Below, piece after piece: positions 58,634 to 64,000 of a DNA stretch of 64,000 nt (the stretch's first letter is position 1; every line of letters begins with the position of its first letter). The notes below the pieces were generated by a model. That model was not told where the DNA came from, ran no database searches, and saw nothing but the letters and a program-made list of their open reading frames with translations. The translations under genes and the position numbers were made by a program. The stretch spans positions 64,001 to 128,000 of the forward strand of contig OZ240219.1 in NCBI GenBank assembly GCA_965197645.1. Direction: 5' to 3'. Origin of the DNA: Dehalococcoidia bacterium (GTDB lineage: Bacteria > Chloroflexota > Dehalococcoidia > Plut-88900).

Positions 58634-59830
58634 TTAGATGATGTGGCCGAGCTTTTTCTTCTTGGTGTCGAGGTAGCGCTTGTTATGCTCGTTCACAGTG
58701 GGCATGATGGGGACCCGCTCGACTACCTTCAGATTGTAGCCTTCCAGGCCAGCCCGTTTCATGGGATTGTTGGTCAGGAGGCGCATCTCCTTGACCCCTA
58801 GGTCGACGAGGATCTGCATGCCGATGCCGTAGTCCCGCCTGTCGGCGGGAAAGCCCAGGGCCTCGTTGGCTTCGACGGTATCCAGCCCGTTGTCCTGCAG
58901 AGCGTAGGCCTTCAGCTTGTTGTGCAAGCCGATGCCCCGGCCCTCCTGGCGCATATACAGGAATACGCCCCGGCCCTCGTCGGCAATGGCTTGCAGGGCG
59001 AGGTTCTTCTGCTCCTCGCAGTCGCACCGGCGGCTGGAGAAGACATCGCCTGTAACGCATTGGCTGTGAACGCGTACCAGGACGGGTTCATCCGGGCTGC
59101 CGACATCCCCCTTCACCAGGGCGACGTGCTCGTCGGGATCGATCATGCTCTGATAGGCGATGGTCTGGAAATCGCCGTACTTGGTGGGCAGCTTGGCCTC
59201 GGCGACTCGCTGGACCAGCTTATCGTTACGCATTCGATAGGAGATGATGTCGGCGACGGTGACTATCTTGAGACCGTGCTCGGCGGCCAGGGCCTCCAGC
59301 TCGGGGAACCGGGCCATTGTGCCATCGTCGGTCATGATTTCACAGATAACCCCAGCGGGATACAGCTCGGCGAGGTTGGCAAGGTCTACGGCCGCCTCGG
59401 TCTGGCCGGCTCTAACCAAAACACCGCCGTCCCTGGTGCGCAGGGGAAAGATGTGGCCGGGACGGGTGAGGTCATCCGGCTTGGTGTTGGGACCTATAAG
59501 TGCCTGGACGGTCTTGTCCCTATCGAAGGCGGAGATGCCGGTGGTGACCCCGTATCGAGCCTCGACGGAGACGGTGAAGGCGGTGCCCAGTGGCGCCGTG
59601 TTCTCCTGCACCATCATCGGAATCCGCAGTTCCTGCAGCCGGTCTCCCCTCATGGGCACGCAGATGAGACCTCGACCATACTTGGTCATGAAGTTGATGA
59701 TCTCTGGGGTACACTTCTCCGCGGCGATGGCAAGATCGCCCTCGTTCTCCCGGTCCTCATCATCCACGATGACGACCATGTGACCGGCCTTGATCTCCTC
59801 GATGGCTTCTTCGACGGTGCTAAGCGGCAT
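58634..59830 (-). CDS. ribBA: Bifunctional DHBP synthase / GTP cyclohydrolase II
   Basis: [53 protein letters not shown]. Confidence 0.96.
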   Translation of the reverse strand: MPLSTVEEAIEEIKAGHMVVIVDDEDRENEGDLAIAAEKCTPEIINFMTKYGRGLICVPMRGDRLQELRIPMMVQENTAPLGTAFTVSVEARYGVTTGISAFDRDKTVQALIGPNTKPDDLTRPGHIFPLRTRDGGVLVRAGQTEAAVDLANLAELYPAGVICEIMTDDGTMARFPELEALAAEHGLKIVTVADIISYRMRNDKLVQRVAEAKLPTKYGDFQTIAYQSMIDPDEHVALVKGDVGSPDEPVLVRVHSQCVTGDVFSSRRCDCEEQKNLALQAIADEGRGVFLYMRQEGRGIGLHNKLKAYALQDNGLDTVEANEALGFPADRRDYGIGMQILVDLGVKEMRLLTNNPMKRAGLEGYNLKVVERVPIMPTVNEHNKRYLDTKKKKLGHII

Positions 59831-59865
59831 TCGGATCCTCCAGCACAACGTAAGCTCTCTCCATA

Positions 59866-60498
59866 CTACGTTTTACTCTTCCCGCCTTCCAGCGCTAACG
59901 ATTCGAGATAGACGGGAGAATTGTCGCCCTTCACCAGCTGCTCCACGTATTTGGCCAGTATGTCCACTTCCAGGTTGATGGGAGAGCCGGGCCCCTTCAC
60001 GCTCAGATTGGTGTGCTGCCAGGTGAAGTTCACAAGTGAGACGGTGAAGGACGAAGCTTTTCGCTCCACAACGGTGAGGCTGATGCCATCGAGTCCGATG
60101 AACCCTTTGGTGACGATGTAGGGCATCAGTTCCGGCGGGGCTTCCACCTCCATGATCATGGCGTCGCCTTCCGCCTCGACGGACACCATCGTCCCCCGGC
60201 CATCTATGTGTCCCTGCATGATGTGTCCACCCAGCCGTGAGCCAAGAGCTAGGGGCCGCTCCAGGTTGACCGGGTCTCCCTCTTTCAGGCTCGCCAGGTT
60301 GGTCTTGCGAAGGGTTTCAGGCATCACGTCCGCAGTGAACTCCCTCTCGTTCAGCGAGGTGACTGTCAGGCACGCACCGTTGACGGCGATGCTGTCCCCG
60401 ATGGCGACCCCTTCCAAGGCAACGTCGCCGGCGAAAGAGAACCCGTTCTCCCGGACCTCACTGATGGACCCCACTTCCTCAATTATGCCTGTGAACAA
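59866..60498 (-). CDS. ribE: Riboflavin synthase alpha chain
   Basis: [36 protein letters not shown]. Confidence 0.96.
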   Translation of the reverse strand: MFTGIIEEVGSISEVRENGFSFAGDVALEGVAIGDSIAVNGACLTVTSLNEREFTADVMPETLRKTNLASLKEGDPVNLERPLALGSRLGGHIMQGHIDGRGTMVSVEAEGDAMIMEVEAPPELMPYIVTKGFIGLDGISLTVVERKASSFTVSLVNFTWQHTNLSVKGPGSPINLEVDILAKYVEQLVKGDNSPVYLESLALEGGKSKT

Positions 60499-60509
60499 AT
60501 GAATGACTC

Positions 60510-61589
60510 CTAAGGGTACCCGGTAATCATAATATCATCACCCAACCGCTTCACCTCCAGGTCCTTCAGACGGAGTACATCGCTCATACGCTGAGCGCCG
60601 GCGCCTCCCACCGCTGCCGGCGATTCAGCACCACCTATTATAGCCGACGCCACAAACGTAACAACTTTGTCCACCAGCTTCCTGTCAAAGAAGGAGCCGA
60701 GGAGGGCGCTTCCCCCCTCCACCAGGACGTGGGTGCACTCTCTCTGGCCCAGCCATACCAGCAGAGTGTCTATGTCTACCAGGCCGTCTTCCGAAGGGAA
60801 CTCGGCTACCTGGGCACCCTGAGCCTCCAGGCCGGTCCGGGTCTCGTGGTCGATGCCTGAGACGGCTATTACCGTGTCTCCGGGTTGTACGAAGAGCGCG
60901 GACTCGGTTGGCGTCCTCCCACGGCTATCGACGACCACTCTGAGGGGCTGGGGATAGTCGCTTTCTGGAGGGCCGGTGCGGACGGTCAGCCTGGGATCGT
61001 CCTCCAAGACGGTGTTGACACCTACCATTACGGCGTCTGCAATGCCGCGTAGATGGTGGGCACACATACGAGCTTCTTCACCCGTGATCCACTGCGACTC
61101 GCCGGACCGGGTAGCGATCTTGCCGTCCAGGCTGGCTGCGAACTTGGCGGTGACGAAGGGCCAGCCGGTGGTGATGTACTTGGCATACGCCTCGTTTAGC
61201 TGCAACGACTCCTTTTCCAGCTCTCCGACGTGAACGGCAAGTCCGGCTTGCTCCAGCTGGTCCCTGCCCCGGCCTGAGACCCTGAGGTTGGGGTCCAGGG
61301 CCGCTATGCGGACCTCGGCTAGCTCGGCATCGATAAGAGCTCCGGTGCAAGGGGGCGTGCGGCCCTGAAAGCAGCAGGGTTCCAGGGTGACGTACATGGT
61401 GGCGTCTTTGGCGGCACCGCCGGCCTGCTCCAGGGCGACGGCCTCGGCGTGCGCCTGGCCCGCGGGCCGGGTGCTCCCTTCACCCACCACCACCCCATCC
61501 TTCACTATCACGGCGCCCACGGCCGGATTGGGGCTGGTCCGACCCAGGATGCACTGGGCCAGCGAGAGGGCGCGGTTCATGTAGTCCAT
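60510..61589 (-). CDS. ribD: Bifunctional riboflavin deaminase/reductase
   Basis: PNPAVG, HAE, TLEPC...GRTPPC, SLDGKIA, WIT, VEGG. Confidence 0.96.
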   Translation of the reverse strand: MDYMNRALSLAQCILGRTSPNPAVGAVIVKDGVVVGEGSTRPAGQAHAEAVALEQAGGAAKDATMYVTLEPCCFQGRTPPCTGALIDAELAEVRIAALDPNLRVSGRGRDQLEQAGLAVHVGELEKESLQLNEAYAKYITTGWPFVTAKFAASLDGKIATRSGESQWITGEEARMCAHHLRGIADAVMVGVNTVLEDDPRLTVRTGPPESDYPQPLRVVVDSRGRTPTESALFVQPGDTVIAVSGIDHETRTGLEAQGAQVAEFPSEDGLVDIDTLLVWLGQRECTHVLVEGGSALLGSFFDRKLVDKVVTFVASAIIGGAESPAAVGGAGAQRMSDVLRLKDLEVKRLGDDIMITGYP

Positions 61590-61616
61590 AGACGAAGACC
61601 AAAGAACGCCGAAGGG

Positions 61617-62207
61617 CTAGTCGGCTCCCCCGGCTACTGCCGATTTCCGGAAGTCCTGATGGGCGCGGCTGGCGGTGGGTGAGGCTTGTCCCTGGTACTT
61701 GCTCCCCAGGGCCTTGGAGCCGTACAGATTGTCCGCCCGGGTGGTGAGTCGTAGAAACGATATCTGACCGATCTTCATGCCGCCGTAAAGCGTGAGGGGC
61801 AGAGTAGCCACGTTGCTGAGCTCCAGGGTGAGCTTGCCCTTCCAACCCGGATCAACGTAGCCGGCGGTGGAGTGAATCAGCAGGCCGATTCTACCCAGCG
61901 AGCTTTTCCCATCCAGCCTGGCGACCAAATCATCGGGTACTTCGATGTGCTCCAGGGTACCGCCCAGTACGAACTCGCCGGGGTGGAGGATAAAGGGCAC
62001 GTCGTCCTCGATCATGACGCTTTCGGTAAGGTCCTCCACGTCCTGTCTGACATCGATGTACGGCCGGCGGGAGTTGCGAAAGACCAGTATCTGGCGGTCC
62101 AGGTGAACGTCGACGCTGGCCGGTTGGATATCGCCGGCGTCCAGGGGCCGGATGACAATACGCTCCTTGTCGATCTCTTCCCTTATGGACCTATCGCTTA
62201 AGACCAA
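61617..62207 (-). CDS. dcd: dCTP deaminase
   Basis: LSDR, QPASVD, LHPGEF, GKSSLGR, HSTAGYVDPG, KIGQ, SKYQGQ. Confidence 0.95.
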   Translation of the reverse strand: MVLSDRSIREEIDKERIVIRPLDAGDIQPASVDVHLDRQILVFRNSRRPYIDVRQDVEDLTESVMIEDDVPFILHPGEFVLGGTLEHIEVPDDLVARLDGKSSLGRIGLLIHSTAGYVDPGWKGKLTLELSNVATLPLTLYGGMKIGQISFLRLTTRADNLYGSKALGSKYQGQASPTASRAHQDFRKSAVAGGAD

Positions 62208-62328
62208 CGCGACACCTGCCTATCCGGGTCGTGAATTGGGTTTCTGTTCCGGCAATTCTAGCAATGTGAACATGGCTGTATCAATACGAATCCAAGACCA
62301 TTTAGAGCCAGTATCGACCGTGGACAAA

Positions 62329-62366
62329 CCAAAGGGGGCGGCCCGAATTCGGGACGCCCCCTTTGG
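62329..62366 (-). terminator. Rho-independent terminator of the SIMPL gene
   Basis: CCAAAGGGGGCG...CGCCCCCTTTGG perfect 12-bp inverted repeat; T-rich 3' side on minus strand. Confidence 0.7.
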
Positions 62367-62383
62367 AAAGCTCGACCAGTTGC

Positions 62384-63211
62384 CTACTCGATGGCGAAGG
62401 CCATGCTAACCGTAAGCCTGAGCTCCGTTTGGCCCGCACTTATGGGCGTATCAAATGCTGTCGCTTCCTCCATGGTCATGGCGCTGTCGGTGAACACACC
62501 CTGCGGTATCGGCGCCACTCTCCCACCCTCTCTGATGGCAATGGCGGGCCCCAGGGTCACACCGGCCAGGGTAGCCAGGTGCTGCGCCTTAGCCGTGGCA
62601 TCCGCGACTGCTTTCTCCCGCAGCTCGGCCTGGAAGGGACTGGAGTCATCGATGGTGAAGTTGATGTCGTGGATGCGGGTGAGGTCGCCACCCGCTCCTG
62701 CAACGCCATCGATGATATCGCCAACGGAGTCCAGATTACGGACGATGACGCTGACGCTGTTGGCAACCTCGAAGCCGGTTAGCTCCGGGCGATCTTCCCG
62801 GTAGTCATAGACCGGGTTGATTCTCAACGATCGGGTCCTTATGTCGTTCTGCTCAACTTTCTGGCTCCGCAGAACGTCGACGATGGCCGTCATGGCCTCC
62901 GCAGCGTCACTACGGGCTTCGGCCACCGTGTCTCCGCGGGCCTGAACGCCCAGGGACAAGATGGCGGTATCGGGGGATACGCTGACGCTGCCCGTGCCCG
63001 AAACGAAGATGCCTCCATCCTGGCTGCCGGACACCAGCTGTACGGTGGAAACCCCGCCTGACATAGCGCTCTCGTCGCCGGAGGTCTCAGCGGAGGAGAC
63101 GGCCGGGGACTGAGCATCGTCATCGTTGGCATCAGAGCTCTGGCAGGCTGTAAAGGTGACCAGCGCAGCAATTAACATGATAGCCAGGAAGAGTCTTTTA
63201 CGCGTTATCAT
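62384..63211 (-). CDS. SIMPL (DUF541) domain lipoprotein
   Basis: Lipobox FTAC; VSGTG.V...PD.A, I.P.YDY, A..DA..KA..LA, PI..G; ATG 63211 after AGGAGG. Confidence 0.9.
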   Translation of the reverse strand: MITRKRLFLAIMLIAALVTFTACQSSDANDDDAQSPAVSSAETSGDESAMSGGVSTVQLVSGSQDGGIFVSGTGSVSVSPDTAILSLGVQARGDTVAEARSDAAEAMTAIVDVLRSQKVEQNDIRTRSLRINPVYDYREDRPELTGFEVANSVSVIVRNLDSVGDIIDGVAGAGGDLTRIHDINFTIDDSSPFQAELREKAVADATAKAQHLATLAGVTLGPAIAIREGGRVAPIPQGVFTDSAMTMEEATAFDTPISAGQTELRLTVSMAFAIE

Positions 63212-63418
63212 TGAGTATCGCCTCCTGTATAGTCTCTTTTCCGCTCGATCGCCATCGTTCCAAAAGTAAGAACAAAGAAGTTGCCAAAAGGTTGCATCGG
63301 ACATTCCGAAAGCCGGAAGTCTTGGTGTGTTGTGGTCCCTCGGCGTATGGAGCCGCCTCGTCCGACCATCATGACATCGAAAACGTCAGTCAAGTATAAT
63401 CGATTGAGCGGCGATTAG

Positions 63419-64000
63419 ATGAAATCAGCGGTAACGGACATCGTCAAGACCCTGGCTCTGGCCGCGGCATTGTTCTTCATGGTGCAGGCGATAGTACAGA
63501 ACTACGAGGTGTTCGGCGCCAGCATGGAGCCTACCATCCATACGGGGGACCACATAATAGTAAACAAAGCCGCCTACGCTTCCCTGGACCTGCACAAGAT
63601 GTCCAAGTTTGTCCCCTTCTATGAGGCCGAGAAGGGGGAGGGTCTCGAAATATTCGGCGTGCCGGCCCGCGGCGATGTGGTGATTATCAACTCCCTAAGC
63701 CCTCCACCGAAACAGCTTATCAAACGCATCGTGGGGGTACCCGGCGATACTGTGGAGACACGAGACGGCGAGCTGTTCATCAACGGTGAGCGTGTCGAGG
63801 AGGTCTACACCCGGGGTTCGGCGCCCGTGATTGATCCGGTGGTCATTCCCCGAGACCACTACTATGTGTTGGGTGATAATCGGGCGCACAGCAACGATTC
63901 CAGATTCTTCGGTCCGATCCATCGGGACGCCATAGTGGGCAAGGCGTGGCTGTCCTACTGGCCGTTGGACGGCTTCGGCATCATCGACGATCACCACCTG
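63419..64000 (+). CDS. lepB: Signal peptidase I (runs off window end)
   Basis: GASMEPT...GD.IIVNK, RGDVV, LIKRIVGVPGD, YYVLGDNR.HSNDSR.FG; not in ORF track because it has no stop in the window. Confidence 0.92.
   Translation, partial: MKSAVTDIVKTLALAAALFFMVQAIVQNYEVFGASMEPTIHTGDHIIVNKAAYASLDLHKMSKFVPFYEAEKGEGLEIFGVPARGDVVIINSLSPPPKQLIKRIVGVPGDTVETRDGELFINGERVEEVYTRGSAPVIDPVVIPRDHYYVLGDNRAHSNDSRFFGPIHRDAIVGKAWLSYWPLDGFGIIDDHHL

Noticed and set aside
61590-62330. FMN riboswitch upstream of the rib operon
   Set aside because: No RFN consensus (AGGGCGGGGTGAAATTCCC...) seen before ribD or dcd.
63695-63997. Minus-strand 100-aa ORF and many similar antisense or overlapping ORFs in the track
   Set aside because: Shadow ORFs of real genes (here lepB), expected at high GC.
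1-64000. CRISPR array, rRNA, tRNA-Sec, integrase or prophage
   Set aside because: No regularly spaced direct repeats, rRNA signatures, UCA-anticodon tRNA or phage genes recognised; no att duplication of either tRNA 3' end noticed.

Overview
GC-rich bacterial chromosomal segment. Its gene content (LLM oxidoreductase, two CaiB/BaiF CoA-transferases, several amidohydrolases, a mandelate racemase remnant, several MFS transporters) suggests Chloroflexota/Dehalococcoidia, possibly SAR202-like; this taxonomy is an inference. Housekeeping genes (lhr, selA, rarA, ltaE, lspA, rluD, gltX, tRNA-Gln, tRNA-Glu, ispH, dcd-ribD-ribE-ribBA-ribH, lepB) are interspersed with catabolic enzymes, one IS481-family element, two families of short dispersed palindromic repeats, and three apparently chimeric pseudogenes. 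The top candidate is an MFS transporter (39549-40826) split only by one in-frame TGA. That TGA aligns with a Cys in the adjacent intact paralog and is followed by a hairpin fitting the bacterial SECIS model, and selA lies in the same window, so this may be a selenocysteine-containing MFS transporter. A simple nonsense mutation is not excluded. Other candidates are a HicA-HicB(tailed)-third-gene module resembling toxin-antitoxin-chaperone architecture, an orphan HEPN-like protein, a Zn-ribbon-Smr protein in the selA operon, and a probable ATT-initiated membrane protein. All family calls come from motif recognition by eye; no database searches were run.
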